A stretch of 64,000 nt of DNA from Eubacteriales bacterium (GTDB lineage Bacteria; Bacillota; Clostridia; Lachnospirales; Lachnospiraceae): assembly GCA_030524785.1 (NCBI GenBank), contig JAUNFZ010000001.1:44443-108442 (forward strand), written 5' to 3'. Every line of letters starts with the position of its first letter. The first letter of the stretch is position 1. Positions 1 to 10,556 of this stretch are shown one piece after another. Below the pieces are notes generated by a model, which saw only the letters and a list, made by a program, of their open reading frames with translations, was not told the DNA's origin and made no database searches. A program made the position numbers and the translations under genes.

Positions 1-840
1 GGAAGCGCCGCAGGGCAGCACCAGGCCGTTTGAAGACACCGGCAGACCAACCTCCTGAGCGCTGACGTGCCCGCCAAAAGAGTTCAGTTCCGTCCCCATC
101 ATATAGGAAAGAACGGAAGGCGCAAGTCCGGTGGTGTAGGAATTAATAAGGAAGAAAAGCGGTTCCTCACTGAGCAGCTTCGCGCAGAGCTGCACCAGGG
201 GATAGATGGCGTCCTCGATCTTCCAGATCTCGCCCTTTGGGCCGCGGCCGTAGGAGGGCGGATCCATGATGACAGCGTCATAATGGTTCCCCCGGCGGAT
301 TTCCCGTTCTACGAATTTTACGCAGTCGTCTACAATCCAGCGGATCGGAGCCTCTGAAAGCCCGCTGGAGCGGGCGTTTTCTTTCGCCCAGCCGACCATT
401 CCCTTTGAGGCGTCCACATGGGTGACAGAGGCGCCCGCCGCTGCGGCTGCCAGGGTGGCGCCTCCGGTATAGGCAAACAGGTTCAGAACCTTCACGGGCC
501 GTCCGGCGGTTCTGATTTTATCGGAAAACCAGTCCCAGTTGGCGGCCTGTTCGGGAAAGAGCCCTGTGTGCTTGAAGCTGAACGGCTTTAACTGAAAGGT
601 CAGATCACCGTAACGGATGCTCCATTGCTGGGGTAGGTCAAAAAACTCCCATTCGCCGCCACCTTTTTTGCTGCGGTGATAATGGGCATTGGGATGCTTC
701 CAGCCCCGCAGGGTTTTCGGCGTATTCCAGATGACCTGGGGATCGGGCCGCACCAGAAGGTAATCGCCCCACCGCTCCAGCTTTTCTCCGCTGGAAGTAT
801 CTATCACTTCATAATCTTTCCACTGATCTGCAATCCACAT
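1..840 (-). CDS. class I SAM-dependent methyltransferase (RlmI/COG1092-like); 3' end lies beyond the window
   Basis: Absent from the ORF track because it has no stop inside the window. My reverse-strand translation from ATG (838-840) reads MWIADQWKDYEVIDTSSGEKLERWGD...PVKVLNLFAYTGGATLAAA...DAVIMDPPSYGRGPKGE with no stop down to position 1. VLNLF.YTGG (SAM motif I) and DPPS are family hallmarks. Confidence 0.8.
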   Translation of the reverse strand, partial: MWIADQWKDYEVIDTSSGEKLERWGDYLLVRPDPQVIWNTPKTLRGWKHPNAHYHRSKKGGGEWEFFDLPQQWSIRYGDLTFQLKPFSFKHTGLFPEQAANWDWFSDKIRTAGRPVKVLNLFAYTGGATLAAAAAGASVTHVDASKGMVGWAKENARSSGLSEAPIRWIVDDCVKFVEREIRRGNHYDAVIMDPPSYGRGPKGEIWKIEDAIYPLVQLCAKLLSEEPLFFLINSYTTGLAPSVLSYMMGTELNSFGGHVSAQEVGLPVSSNGLVLPCGAS

Positions 841-969
841 AACGGTTATGCTCTCCTATTTGATAAATGTCTTGTATTTTAAAGTAAGCTTTATTATAAT
901 TCATAGAGTGAAAATGTTCAAGAAAACCTGAAATGTACTGAAAAAAATGCAATATTTTAAAAAAAATCC

Positions 970-998
970 TTGCATGAGGTAAATTTTTCATATATAAT
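970..998 (+). promoter_or_regulatory. sigma-A type promoter of the S10 operon
   Basis: TTGCAT (970-975), 17-nt spacer, TATAAT (993-998). It sits in an AT-rich tract upstream of rpsJ. Confidence 0.6.
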
Positions 999-1233
999 GC
1001 AAGTGTTGTGACCTTGATAGCGTAGAAGCGTGAGGTTGCTGCAGCTCTTTGAAACTGCAGGTTTTCCGTGGAGCGAATGTCAAGTTATAAAACTGGCGAC
1101 AAGTCACTGTACAAGAATAAAACTGTCCGGCACCGACCGGAAACAACGTGTGGAATCTATGATACACACGGGAGAGTGTACAGTCACCGCTTGTCGTACT
1201 GATGTAAAGTGCGAAAAGGAGGCGACTTTTTTT

Positions 1234-1551
1234 ATGGCAAGTCAAGTAATGAGAATCACACTGAAAGCGTATGATCATCAGCTGATTGATGCATCCGCAA
1301 AGAAAATCATCGAAACTGTAAAAAAGAACGGATCTCAGGTGAGCGGACCGGTACCCCTTCCCACAAAGAAAGAGGTAGTTACGATTCTTCGTGCCGTACA
1401 CAAATACAAAGATTCCAGAGAGCAGTTCGAACAGAGAACTCATAAAAGACTGATCGATATCATCACACCGACCCAGAAGACGGTAGATGCGCTGTCCAGA
1501 CTGGAAATGCCGGCCGGCGTGTACATTGATATCAAAATGAAAACCAAATAA
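1234..1551 (+). CDS. rpsJ: 30S ribosomal protein S10
   Basis: Internal ATG at 1234 of ORF 1030..1551, preceded by AAAGGAGG (1215-1222). [19 protein letters not shown]... is an S10 signature, and this is the first gene of the S10 operon order. Confidence 0.97.
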   Translation: MASQVMRITLKAYDHQLIDASAKKIIETVKKNGSQVSGPVPLPTKKEVVTILRAVHKYKDSREQFEQRTHKRLIDIITPTQKTVDALSRLEMPAGVYIDIKMKTK

Positions 1552-1617
1552 GGTAGCTAGGTTTTCCTAGTATGATCGGCAGTGCCGATCCGCTGTAGAA
1601 AAACAGGAGGTATAATA

Positions 1618-2253
1618 ATGAAGAAAGCGATTTTAGCAACAAAAGTCGGAATGACTCAAATCTTCAGCGACGACGGAGTACTCACTCCGGTAACGGTTCT
1701 TCAGGCTGGCCCCTGTGTGGTGACACAGGTAAAAACAGTTGAGAACGACGGTTACAGCGCAGTTCAGGTTGGCTTTGCAGACAAGAGAGAAAAACTTGTG
1801 AACAAGCCGGAAAAAGGCCATTTCAACAAGGCCGGTGTGGGCTGCAAGAGATATGTCAGAGAGTTCAGATTTGACAACGCAGAGGAATATAAGCCGGCGC
1901 AGGAAATCAAAGTGGATATCTTTGCGGCAGGCGATAAGGTAGACGCGACGGCGATCTCCAAAGGAAAAGGCTTCCAGGGCGCCATCAAGAGACACGGACA
2001 GCACAGAGGCCCGATGGCTCACGGTTCCAAGTTCCACCGTCATGCAGGTTCCAATGGTGCGGCATCCGATCCGAGCAAGGTATTTAAAGGAAAGAAGATG
2101 CCGGGTCAGATGGGAAATAAGCGCATTACCATCCAGAATCTGGAAGTGGTAAGAGTAGATGCGGAAAACAATCTGCTTCTGGTAAAGGGCGCTGTTCCGG
2201 GACCGAAGAAATCTTTGGTAACAATTAAAGAAACTGTAAAAGTTGGTAAATAA
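1618..2253 (+). CDS. rplC: 50S ribosomal protein L3
   Basis: [16 protein letters not shown]... AGGAGG lies upstream of ATG 1618 (in frame inside ORF 1582..2253). Confidence 0.97.
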   Translation: MKKAILATKVGMTQIFSDDGVLTPVTVLQAGPCVVTQVKTVENDGYSAVQVGFADKREKLVNKPEKGHFNKAGVGCKRYVREFRFDNAEEYKPAQEIKVDIFAAGDKVDATAISKGKGFQGAIKRHGQHRGPMAHGSKFHRHAGSNGAASDPSKVFKGKKMPGQMGNKRITIQNLEVVRVDAENNLLLVKGAVPGPKKSLVTIKETVKVGK

Positions 2254-2282
2254 GCTTTTATTAGGAAAGGAGGAACACACAG

Positions 2283-2903
2283 ATGGCAAGCGTATCTGTT
2301 TACAATATGGAAGGCAAAGAAGTTGGCACGATGGAGCTCAGCGACGCTGTGTTTGGTGTGGAGATCAACGAACATCTGGTACACATGGCAGTGCTCAGCC
2401 AGCTTGCAAACAATCGTCAGGGAACACAGAAAGCCAAGACGCGTTCTGAAGTTTCCGGCGGCGGAAGAAAACCCTGGAGACAGAAAGGAACCGGTCATGC
2501 AAGACAGGGTTCAACGAGAGCTCCCCAGTGGACGGGCGGCGGCGTAGTATTCGCTCCGGTTCCCAGAGATTATTCCTTTAAGATGAACAAAAAGGAAAAG
2601 AGGGCGGCACTGAAATCCGTACTCACCTCCAAGGTTCAGGAAAACAAGCTGGTTGTGCTTGACGAGCTGAAGCTTGAGGATATCAAGACAAAGAATATGG
2701 TAAATGTTCTGAAGAATGTAAACGCTGAGAAAGCGCTGGTTGTGCTGAATGAGAACGATGCAAACGTAATGATGTCCGCAAGGAACATTGCCGATGTAAA
2801 GACGGCGCTGACAAACACAATCAACGTATACGACATTCTGAAATATAACACGCTGGTTATGACAAAAGCAGCCGCACAGGCAATCGAGGAGGTGTACGCA
2901 TAA
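2283..2903 (+). CDS. rplD: 50S ribosomal protein L4
   Basis: 206 aa, ...[19 protein letters not shown]... Position follows rplC. Confidence 0.97.
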   Translation: MASVSVYNMEGKEVGTMELSDAVFGVEINEHLVHMAVLSQLANNRQGTQKAKTRSEVSGGGRKPWRQKGTGHARQGSTRAPQWTGGGVVFAPVPRDYSFKMNKKEKRAALKSVLTSKVQENKLVVLDELKLEDIKTKNMVNVLKNVNAEKALVVLNENDANVMMSARNIADVKTALTNTINVYDILKYNTLVMTKAAAQAIEEVYA

Positions 2904-3202
2904 TGGCAGCAATTCAGTATTATGATGTAATCCTTAAGCCGATTGTAACTGAGAAAAGTATGAACGCCATGAGCGAAAAGAAATATACATTCCAGGTACA
3001 CACGGAAGCGACAAAGAACCAGATCAAAGAGGCGGTTGAAAAAATGTTCGAGGGAACAAAAGTTGAGAGCATCAATACGATGAATCTGGACGGCAAGAAA
3101 AGACGCCGCGGCATGACGGTCGGCAGAACGGCAAAGACCAAAAAAGCGATCGTAACCCTGACAAAGGATTCCAAGGATATTGAGATCTTCCAGGGACTTT
3201 AA
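2903..3202 (+). CDS. rplW: 50S ribosomal protein L23
   Basis: 99 aa, [15 protein letters not shown]... The start overlaps the rplD stop. Confidence 0.96.
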   Translation: MAAIQYYDVILKPIVTEKSMNAMSEKKYTFQVHTEATKNQIKEAVEKMFEGTKVESINTMNLDGKKRRRGMTVGRTAKTKKAIVTLTKDSKDIEIFQGL

Positions 3203-3305
3203 AAAGAGCGGCTGCATGCACTAAGGGGCATGTACGCGAGATGCATCTGATGCATCCAATATCTGCTGCGAAGCAGGATAATTAATATCGAAAGGAGAAA
3301 CAACA

Positions 3306-4151
3306 ATGGGAATTAAAACCTATAGACCATATACCCCGTCAAGAAGACATATGACCGGTTCTGATTTCTCTGAAATCACAAAGTTTGAGCCCGAGAAAAG
3401 CCTGCTGGTTTCTCTCAGAAAGAACTCCGGACGCAACAATCAGGGTAAAATTACTGTAAGACACCGCGGAGGCGGTTCCAGAAGAAAATACAGAGTTATC
3501 GATTTCAAGAGAAACAAGAAAGATGGAATCCCGGCATACGTAACGGGTATCGAGTACGATCCGAACAGAACGGCAAATATCGCTCTGATCACTTACGCAG
3601 ACGGTGAAAAGGCTTACATCCTTGCTCCCCAGGGCCTGAAGGACGGCATGAAGATCATGAACGGTCCGGATGCTGAGGTGAGAATCGGCAACTGCCTGCC
3701 GCTGTCCGCAATCCCGGTTGGTACTATGGTACACAACATCGAGCTGCATCCCGGCAAGGGCGGCCAGCTTGTGAGAAGCGCAGGAAACAGCGCACAGCTC
3801 ATGGCAAAGGAAGGAAAGTACGCAACGCTTCGTCTTCCCTCCGGAGAAATGAGAATGGTTCCGATCGTCTGCAGAGCTACGGTTGGCGTAGTGGGAAATG
3901 CAGAACACAATCTGATTAATATCGGTAAAGCCGGAAGAAAGCGTCACATGGGTATCCGCCCGACGGTGCGTGGTTCTGTTATGAACCCGAACGACCATCC
4001 CCACGGCGGTGGTGAAGGCAAGACCGGCATCGGACGTCCGGGTCCCTGCACACCCTGGGGCAAACCGGCTCTCGGCCTGAAGACCAGAAAGAAAAAGAAA
4101 GCGTCTAACAAGCTGATTATCAGAAGACGCGACGGCAGAGCAATCAACTAA
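3306..4151 (+). CDS. rplB: 50S ribosomal protein L2
   Basis: 281 aa, ...[18 protein letters not shown]...HPHGGGEGK... RBS AAAGGAG upstream. Confidence 0.98.
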   Translation: MGIKTYRPYTPSRRHMTGSDFSEITKFEPEKSLLVSLRKNSGRNNQGKITVRHRGGGSRRKYRVIDFKRNKKDGIPAYVTGIEYDPNRTANIALITYADGEKAYILAPQGLKDGMKIMNGPDAEVRIGNCLPLSAIPVGTMVHNIELHPGKGGQLVRSAGNSAQLMAKEGKYATLRLPSGEMRMVPIVCRATVGVVGNAEHNLINIGKAGRKRHMGIRPTVRGSVMNPNDHPHGGGEGKTGIGRPGPCTPWGKPALGLKTRKKKKASNKLIIRRRDGRAIN

Positions 4152-4183
4152 TATTAATCGAAAAATAAAGGAGGTTAGAACCT

Positions 4184-4459
4184 ATGGCTCGCTCACTGAA
4201 AAAAGGACCGTTTGCAGATGAGAGTTTACTGAAAAAGGTAAACGCGATGAACGCAGCAGGCAGCAAGCAGGTAATTAAAACCTGGTCCCGCCGTTCAACG
4301 ATTTTCCCGCAGATGGTTGGACATACAATTGCAGTTCATGACGGAAGAAGACATGTTCCGGTATATATCACAGAGGATATGGTAGGCCACAAGCTCGGAG
4401 AGTTTGTTGCTACCAGAACCTACCGCGGACATGGCAAAGACGAGAAAAAATCCCGCTAG
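4184..4459 (+). CDS. rpsS: 30S ribosomal protein S19
   Basis: [19 protein letters not shown]...GHKLGEF. Confidence 0.98.
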   Translation: MARSLKKGPFADESLLKKVNAMNAAGSKQVIKTWSRRSTIFPQMVGHTIAVHDGRRHVPVYITEDMVGHKLGEFVATRTYRGHGKDEKKSR

Positions 4460-4484
4460 GATAAGTTGAAAGGAGGTTTCATTC

Positions 4485-4871
4485 ATGGCGAAAGGACATA
4501 GATCCCAGATCAAGAGAGAGAGAAATGCTAAGAAGGACACAAGACCATCCGCAAAGTTATCTTACGCGAGAGTATCTGTCCAGAAAGCATGTTTTGTATT
4601 AGATGCCATCAGAGGCAAAGACGTGCAGACAGCGCTCGGTATTGTTACCTACAATCCGAGATATGCTTCTACATTAATCAAGAAACTTTTGGAGTCGGCA
4701 ATTGCAAATGCTGAGAACAACAACGGCATGAGCAGAGAAAACCTTTATGTTGAGGAGTGCTACGCAAATAAGGGACCGACAATGAAAAGAATCAGACCGA
4801 GGGCACAGGGCAGGGCTTACCGCATCGAAAAGAGAATGAGCCACATTACTGTTGTGCTGAATGAGAGATAG
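4485..4871 (+). CDS. rplV: 50S ribosomal protein L22
   Basis: 128 aa, ...VSVQKACFVLDAIRGK... Operon position fits. Confidence 0.96.
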   Translation: MAKGHRSQIKRERNAKKDTRPSAKLSYARVSVQKACFVLDAIRGKDVQTALGIVTYNPRYASTLIKKLLESAIANAENNNGMSRENLYVEECYANKGPTMKRIRPRAQGRAYRIEKRMSHITVVLNER

Positions 4872-4881
4872 GAGGTAGAGC

Positions 4882-5538
4882 ATGGGACAGAAAGTTAATC
4901 CGCACGGCTTAAGAGTCGGGGTTATTAAAGACTGGGATTCCAAGTGGTATGCAGAGTCTGATTTTGCTGATTATCTTGTGGAAGACAACAAGATCAGAAC
5001 ATATCTGAAGAAAAGATTGTACAGCGCCGGTGTTTCCAAGATTGAGATTGAAAGAGCATCCGGCAGAGTAAAAGTGATCGTTTACACCGCAAAACCGGGC
5101 GTAGTGATTGGAAAAGGCGGTTCTGAGATCGAAAAGGTAAAAGCAGAGGTTCAGAAGCTGACAAAGGAGAAACTGCTGGTTGATATCAAGGAAGTAAAGA
5201 GACCGGACAGAGACGCGCAGCTTGTTGCAGAGAATATTGCACAGCAGCTTGAAAACCGTGTATCTTTCCGTCGCGCTATGAAGTCTACCATGGGCAGAAC
5301 CATGAAGACCGGCGCAAAGGGAATCAAGACGGCTGTTTCCGGACGTCTTGGCGGTGCAGATATAGCTCGTACTGAATTTTACAGCGAGGGAACAATCCCC
5401 CTGCAGACACTTCGTGCAGATATTGACTATGGATTCGCAGAAGCAGACACTACCTACGGCAAGCTTGGCGTAAAGGTGTGGATTTATAACGGCGAAATCC
5501 TTCCCACAAAAGCGGCAAAGGAAGGGAGCGATAAATAA
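4882..5538 (+). CDS. rpsC: 30S ribosomal protein S3
   Basis: [24 protein letters not shown]... Confidence 0.98.
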   Translation: MGQKVNPHGLRVGVIKDWDSKWYAESDFADYLVEDNKIRTYLKKRLYSAGVSKIEIERASGRVKVIVYTAKPGVVIGKGGSEIEKVKAEVQKLTKEKLLVDIKEVKRPDRDAQLVAENIAQQLENRVSFRRAMKSTMGRTMKTGAKGIKTAVSGRLGGADIARTEFYSEGTIPLQTLRADIDYGFAEADTTYGKLGVKVWIYNGEILPTKAAKEGSDK

Positions 5539-5975
5539 TGTTAATGCCAAAGAGAGTAAAAAGACGTAAACAGTTCCGTGGAAGCATGGCTGGCAAAGCC
5601 CTTCGCGGCAACAAAATCTCCAACGGTGAATACGGACTCGTTGCTTTGGAACCGTGCTGGATCAAGTCAAACCAGATCGAGGCTGCCCGTGTTGCCATGA
5701 CGCGTTACATCAAGCGTGGCGGTAAAGTCTGGATCAAGATTTTCCCGGATAAACCGGTAACGGCAAAACCGGCAGAAACACGTATGGGTTCCGGTAAAGG
5801 AACACTGGAGTATTGGGTAGCAGTTGTAAAGCCGGGCCGCGTAATGTTTGAACTTGCAGGCGTACCGGAGGAAGTAGCCCGCGAAGCGTTGCGTCTTGCT
5901 ATGCATAAATTACCGTGTAAATGCAAGATCGTTTCCCGTGCGGATTTAGAAGGCGGTGATAACAGTGAAAATTAA
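5538..5975 (+). CDS. rplP: 50S ribosomal protein L16
   Basis: [15 protein letters not shown]... The start overlaps the rpsC stop. Confidence 0.98.
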   Translation: MLMPKRVKRRKQFRGSMAGKALRGNKISNGEYGLVALEPCWIKSNQIEAARVAMTRYIKRGGKVWIKIFPDKPVTAKPAETRMGSGKGTLEYWVAVVKPGRVMFELAGVPEEVAREALRLAMHKLPCKCKIVSRADLEGGDNSEN

Positions 5976-6168
5976 TAAGTATGTAGAAGATTTAAACAAC
6001 AAATCAGCTGCAGAATTAAATGAAGAATTAGTAGCTGCTAAAAAGGAACTTTTCAATTTGAGATTCCAGAACGCAACCAATCAGCTGGATAACACGAGCA
6101 GAATTAAGGAAGTCCGCAGGAACATTGCCAGAATTCAGACGGTTATCACTGAGAAGGCAAATGCGTAG
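5965..6168 (+). CDS. rpmC: 50S ribosomal protein L29
   Basis: ...[19 protein letters not shown]... The ORF track starts at GTG 5956. I prefer the in-frame GTG at 5965 because GAAGGCGG (5948-5955) abuts 5956. Confidence 0.93.
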   Translation: MKINKYVEDLNNKSAAELNEELVAAKKELFNLRFQNATNQLDNTSRIKEVRRNIARIQTVITEKANA

Positions 6169-6187
6169 GGAAACCTGAAAGGAGCTA

Positions 6188-6448
6188 ATGGACGTGGAAA
6201 GAAATCTTAGAAAAACCCGTACAGGTAAGGTTGTCAGCAACAGGATGGATAAGACGATCGTTGTTGCAGTGGAAGACCATGTAAAGCATCCTCTTTACAA
6301 AAAGGTTGTAAAGAGCACATATAAACTGAAAGCACATGACGAGAACAACGAGTGCAACATCGGTGATACCGTAAAGGTTATGGAGACAAGACCGTTATCC
6401 AAGGATAAGAGGTGGAGACTTGTTGAAATCACTGAGAGAGTGAAATAG
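6188..6448 (+). CDS. rpsQ: 30S ribosomal protein S17
   Basis: ...[22 protein letters not shown]... Confidence 0.97.
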   Translation: MDVERNLRKTRTGKVVSNRMDKTIVVAVEDHVKHPLYKKVVKSTYKLKAHDENNECNIGDTVKVMETRPLSKDKRWRLVEITERVK

Positions 6449-6466
6449 TATAGGAGGTATATCAGC

Positions 6467-6835
6467 ATGATTCAGCAGGAAAGCAGACTTAGAGTTGCTG
6501 ATAACACCGGTGCAAAGGAGTTGCTTTGTATCAGAGTTATGGGCGGTTCTACCAGAAGATATGCAAGTATCGGTGACATTATCGTTGCTACGGTTAAAGA
6601 TGCAACACCAGGCGGCGTTGTGAAAAAGGGCGATGTTGTGAAGGCTGTCGTTGTTCGTACAGTAAACAAGACCCGCCGTAAAGACGGTTCTTATATCAGA
6701 TTTGATGAGAATGCTGCAGTCATCATTAAAGATGACAAGAATCCAAGAGGAACCCGTATTTTTGGGCCGGTTGCCAGAGAGCTTCGTGATAAGCAGTTCA
6801 TGAAGATCGTTTCCCTGGCTCCGGAAGTATTATAA
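6467..6835 (+). CDS. rplN: 50S ribosomal protein L14
   Basis: [18 protein letters not shown]... Confidence 0.98.
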   Translation: MIQQESRLRVADNTGAKELLCIRVMGGSTRRYASIGDIIVATVKDATPGGVVKKGDVVKAVVVRTVNKTRRKDGSYIRFDENAAVIIKDDKNPRGTRIFGPVARELRDKQFMKIVSLAPEVL

Positions 6836-6846
6836 GGAGGTAGCAG

Positions 6847-7158
6847 ATGTCAGCGTTAAAGATCAAGAAAGGCGATAACGTCAGAGTAATCGCCGGCAAA
6901 GATAAAGACAAAGAGGGCAAGGTTCTGGCGGTTGACGTAAAGAATAACAGAGTCCTCGTAGAAGGCGTGAATATGGTTTCCAAGCACACAAAACCCTCTG
7001 CGGCAAATCAGCAGGGCGGCATTGTGAACAAAGAAGCTTACATCCATATTTCCAATGTAATGTTGCTGGTTGGCGGCAAGACAACAAGAGTTGGCTTCAA
7101 GATGGACGGAGATAAAAAAGTCCGCGTGGCAAAAGCTACCGGCGAAGTGATTGATTAA
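6847..7158 (+). CDS. rplX: 50S ribosomal protein L24
   Basis: [25 protein letters not shown] (KOW motif). AAGGAGG upstream. Confidence 0.97.
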   Translation: MSALKIKKGDNVRVIAGKDKDKEGKVLAVDVKNNRVLVEGVNMVSKHTKPSAANQQGGIVNKEAYIHISNVMLLVGGKTTRVGFKMDGDKKVRVAKATGEVID

Positions 7159-7179
7159 TAGAGAGAGGAGGCCATACAG

Positions 7180-7719
7180 TTGAGTAGACTCAAAGAAACT
7201 TACAAGAACGAGATCGTAGACGCTATGATCAAAAAGTTCGGATATAAAAATATCATGGAAGTTCCGAAGCTTGACAAGGTAGTAGTCAACATGGGTGTCG
7301 GCGAGGCGAAGGAAAACGCAAAACTTCTGGAGTCCGCTGTGAAGGACATGGAGACGATCACAGGCCAGAAGGCAGTTCTGACCAGAGCAAAGAATTCTGT
7401 GGCAAACTTTAAAATCAGAGAGGGTATGGCAATCGGATGCAAGGTAACGCTGCGCGGCGAGAAGATGTATGAGTTTGTGGACCGTCTGATTAACCTGGCG
7501 CTTCCGCGTGTGCGCGACTTCCGCGGCGTAAACCCGAATGCATTTGATGGCAGAGGCAACTATGCTCTGGGCATCAAAGAGCAGTTGATTTTCCCGGAAA
7601 TTGAGTACGATAAAGTGGATAAAGTAAGAGGTATGGACGTTATTTTTGTAACGACCGCAAAGACCGACGAGGAAGCCCGCGAGCTTCTGACACAGTTCAA
7701 TATGCCTTTTGCAAAGTAA
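7180..7719 (+). CDS. rplE: 50S ribosomal protein L5
   Basis: TTG start with GAGGAGG upstream. [23 protein letters not shown]... Confidence 0.97.
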   Translation: MSRLKETYKNEIVDAMIKKFGYKNIMEVPKLDKVVVNMGVGEAKENAKLLESAVKDMETITGQKAVLTRAKNSVANFKIREGMAIGCKVTLRGEKMYEFVDRLINLALPRVRDFRGVNPNAFDGRGNYALGIKEQLIFPEIEYDKVDKVRGMDVIFVTTAKTDEEARELLTQFNMPFAK

Positions 7720-7752
7720 TTGCCGTTATCAGAGAAATAGGAGGAAGAATTC

Positions 7753-7938
7753 ATGGCTAAGACAGCAATGAAGTTAAAACAGCAGCGTAAACAGAAGTTC
7801 TCCACAAGAGAGTATAACCGCTGCAGAATCTGTGGTCGTCCGCATGCTTATTTGAGAAAATACGGTATTTGCAGAATCTGCTTCCGTGAACTGGCATATA
7901 AGGGACAGATCCCGGGCGTTAAGAAAGCAAGCTGGTAA
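7753..7938 (+). CDS. rpsN: 30S ribosomal protein S14, type Z (zinc-binding, 61 aa)
   Basis: [38 protein letters not shown]. The two CxxC pairs mark the short zinc form. Confidence 0.97.
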   Translation: MAKTAMKLKQQRKQKFSTREYNRCRICGRPHAYLRKYGICRICFRELAYKGQIPGVKKASW

Positions 7939-7977
7939 ATAAAACGTATAGAGTCTAAATGAAGGAGGACATATCAG

Positions 7978-8379
7978 ATGACTATGAGCGATCCGATTGC
8001 AGATATGCTTACAAGAATCCGTAATGCGAACACTGCAAAACATGATACAGTAGATGTGCCGTCGTCGAAAATGAAACTTGCCATCGCAAACATCCTGCTG
8101 GATGAGGGCTACATCACAAAATATGAAGTCGTTGAAGAAGGCGGTTTCCCGATTATTCGTATCACGCTGAAGTACGGCGCAGATAAGAACGAAAAAATTA
8201 TTTCAGGTATTAAGAGAATTTCCAAACCCGGTCTTCGCGTTTATGCGGGCAAGAATGAGATCCCCCGTGTGCTTGGCGGACTCGGCGTGGCAATTCTTTC
8301 CACAAACAAAGGCGTTATCACCGACAGAGAAGCGCGCAAACTGCAGGTTGGCGGCGAAGTTCTGGCGTTTGTGTGGTAA
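7978..8379 (+). CDS. rpsH: 30S ribosomal protein S8
   Basis: [17 protein letters not shown]... Confidence 0.98.
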   Translation: MTMSDPIADMLTRIRNANTAKHDTVDVPSSKMKLAIANILLDEGYITKYEVVEEGGFPIIRITLKYGADKNEKIISGIKRISKPGLRVYAGKNEIPRVLGGLGVAILSTNKGVITDREARKLQVGGEVLAFVW

Positions 8380-8449
8380 ATGTTGAATCTTGACTGAAAA
8401 CAGAGCGGTGGATTCCGTTCCGAAAATTTAAGTAAGGAGGACATGAAAC

Positions 8450-8989
8450 ATGTCACGTATCGGAAGAATGCCGGTAGTTATTCCGGCAGGCGTCACAGTG
8501 ACTGTTGCAGAGGGCAACAAGGTGACGGTAAAGGGCAGCAAGGGTACACTGGAAAGAGTGCTCCCTGCAGAAATGGATATTAAGGTTGAGGACGGTCATG
8601 TGATCGTTACAAGACCAAATGATTTAAAGAAGATGAAATCCCTGCACGGCCTGACAAGAACCCTGATTCACAACATGGTTGTGGGCGTAAGCGAAGGCTA
8701 TACGAAGGTTCTGGAAGTGAACGGCGTAGGTTATCGTGCGGCAAAGCAGGGAAATAAACTGACCTTATCTCTTGGCTATTCCCATCCGGTAGAGATGATT
8801 GATCCGGAGGGCCTTGAGGCCGTAGTGGAAGGAAACAAGATTACGGTAAAAGGGATTGATAAAGAAAAAGTTGGCCAATACGCAGCTGAAATCAGAGAAA
8901 AGAGAGCTCCGGAACCCTACAAGGGCAAGGGTATTAAGTATGCTGATGAAGTGATCAGACGTAAAGTTGGTAAGACTGGTAAAAAATAA
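8450..8989 (+). CDS. rplF: 50S ribosomal protein L6
   Basis: [17 protein letters not shown]... Confidence 0.98.
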   Translation: MSRIGRMPVVIPAGVTVTVAEGNKVTVKGSKGTLERVLPAEMDIKVEDGHVIVTRPNDLKKMKSLHGLTRTLIHNMVVGVSEGYTKVLEVNGVGYRAAKQGNKLTLSLGYSHPVEMIDPEGLEAVVEGNKITVKGIDKEKVGQYAAEIREKRAPEPYKGKGIKYADEVIRRKVGKTGKK

Positions 8990-9006
8990 GTAAGGAGAGT
9001 GTGAAA

Positions 9007-9375
9007 ATGGTTAGTAAAGAATCAAGAACAAAAGTTCGTGTAAATAAACACAGAAAAATTCGTAATCGTTTTGCAGGCACTGCTGAAAGACCGCGTCTGG
9101 CTGTGTTTAGAAGCAATAATCATATGTATGCTCAAATTATTGACGATACAGTCGGAAATACGCTGGTTTCTGCATGTACCCTTCAGAAAGAGGTAAAAGC
9201 AGAGCTGGAGAAGACGAATAACGTTGATGCAGCAGCATACTTAGGAAAAGTAATTGCCGAGAAAGCTCTGGAGAAAGGAATTAAAACCGTTGTCTTTGAC
9301 AGAGGCGGCTTCATATATCAGGGTAAGATTCAGGCATTAGCAGATGCAGCCAGAGAAGCTGGTCTGGAATTTTAG
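9007..9375 (+). CDS. rplR: 50S ribosomal protein L18
   Basis: ...[31 protein letters not shown]... The ORF track starts at GTG 9001. ATG 9007 has better spacing to AAGGAGA (8993-8999). Confidence 0.95.
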   Translation: MVSKESRTKVRVNKHRKIRNRFAGTAERPRLAVFRSNNHMYAQIIDDTVGNTLVSACTLQKEVKAELEKTNNVDAAAYLGKVIAEKALEKGIKTVVFDRGGFIYQGKIQALADAAREAGLEF

Positions 9376-9386
9376 GAGGTAGACAC

Positions 9387-9896
9387 ATGAAACGTGAAAT
9401 CATTGATGCAAATCAGTTTGAATTGACCGACAAGGTAGTGGCGATCAAACGTGTATCCAAGACGGTTAAAGGCGGACGTAATATGCGTTTCACAGCTCTG
9501 GTGGTTGTCGGCGACGGCAATGGACACGTTGGTGCCGGACTTGGAAAAGCTACTGAAATTCCGGAAGCTATCCGTAAGGGCAAAGAAGACGCTGCAAAGA
9601 AACTGATTACAGTTGCACTGGACGAAAACGCAAGTATCCCGCACGACTTTGAAGGAAAGTTCGGCGGCTCCCATGTAGTATTAAAGAGAGCTCCCGAAGG
9701 TACCGGTGTTATCGCAGGCGGTCCTGCACGTAACGTACTGGAAATGGCCGGAATCCGCAATATCCGTACAAAATCTCTGGGCTCCAGAAATAAACAGAAC
9801 GTTGTTCTGGCAACGCTGGAGGGACTGAAACAGCTCAAATCCCCGGAGGAAGTAGCAAGACTGCGCGGGAAATCTGTAGAAGAAGTTCGCGCATAG
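9387..9896 (+). CDS. rpsE: 30S ribosomal protein S5
   Basis: ...[33 protein letters not shown]... Confidence 0.98.
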   Translation: MKREIIDANQFELTDKVVAIKRVSKTVKGGRNMRFTALVVVGDGNGHVGAGLGKATEIPEAIRKGKEDAAKKLITVALDENASIPHDFEGKFGGSHVVLKRAPEGTGVIAGGPARNVLEMAGIRNIRTKSLGSRNKQNVVLATLEGLKQLKSPEEVARLRGKSVEEVRA

Positions 9897-9909
9897 GAGG
9901 ATTGGAAAA

Positions 9910-10092
9910 ATGGCAGATAAAGTAAAAGTAACCTTAGTAAAATCTACAATTGGTGCAATCCCGAAACATCGTGCTACGGTTGCTGCCCTTGGCCTGAAGA
10001 AGCTGAACAAGACCGTTGAGCTTCCGAACAACGCAGCGACAATGGGAATGGTAAAACAGGTACAGCATTTAGTTAAAGTAGAGGAAATCTAA
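9910..10092 (+). CDS. rpmD: 50S ribosomal protein L30
   Basis: 60 aa, VKVTLVKSTIGAIPKHRATVAALGL... Confidence 0.96.
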   Translation: MADKVKVTLVKSTIGAIPKHRATVAALGLKKLNKTVELPNNAATMGMVKQVQHLVKVEEI

Positions 10093-10112
10093 ACTCAGAA
10101 TAAGGAGGTGCC

Positions 10113-10556
10113 ATGATGGATTTATCAAACTTAAGACCGGCAGAAGGTTCCAGGCAGAGTGATAATTTCAGACGCGGCCGCGGACACGGTTCAGGAAACG
10201 GAAAAACAGCCGGTAAAGGTCATAAGGGTCAGAAGGCTCGTTCCGGTGCTCCGAGACCGGGCTTTGAAGGCGGACAGATGCCTTTGTACAGACGTATCCC
10301 GAAAAGAGGCTTTACGAACAGAAATACGCTGGATATCGAAGCGATCAATGTCAGCGCGCTTGAGAGATTTGATAATGATACGGAAGTGACGATTGAGAAA
10401 TTGATCGAAGCAGGCGTAATCAAGAGTGCAAAAGACGGCGTAAAGGTACTCGGAAATGGGGAACTTACAAAGAAGCTTACTGTTAAAGTAAATGCTTTCA
10501 GTGAAGGCGCGAAAGCTAAAATCGAGGCAGTTGGTGGAAAAGCAGAGGTGATCTGA
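10113..10556 (+). CDS. rplO: 50S ribosomal protein L15
   Basis: ...[12 protein letters not shown]...[16 protein letters not shown]... Confidence 0.97.
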   Translation: MMDLSNLRPAEGSRQSDNFRRGRGHGSGNGKTAGKGHKGQKARSGAPRPGFEGGQMPLYRRIPKRGFTNRNTLDIEAINVSALERFDNDTEVTIEKLIEAGVIKSAKDGVKVLGNGELTKKLTVKVNAFSEGAKAKIEAVGGKAEVI

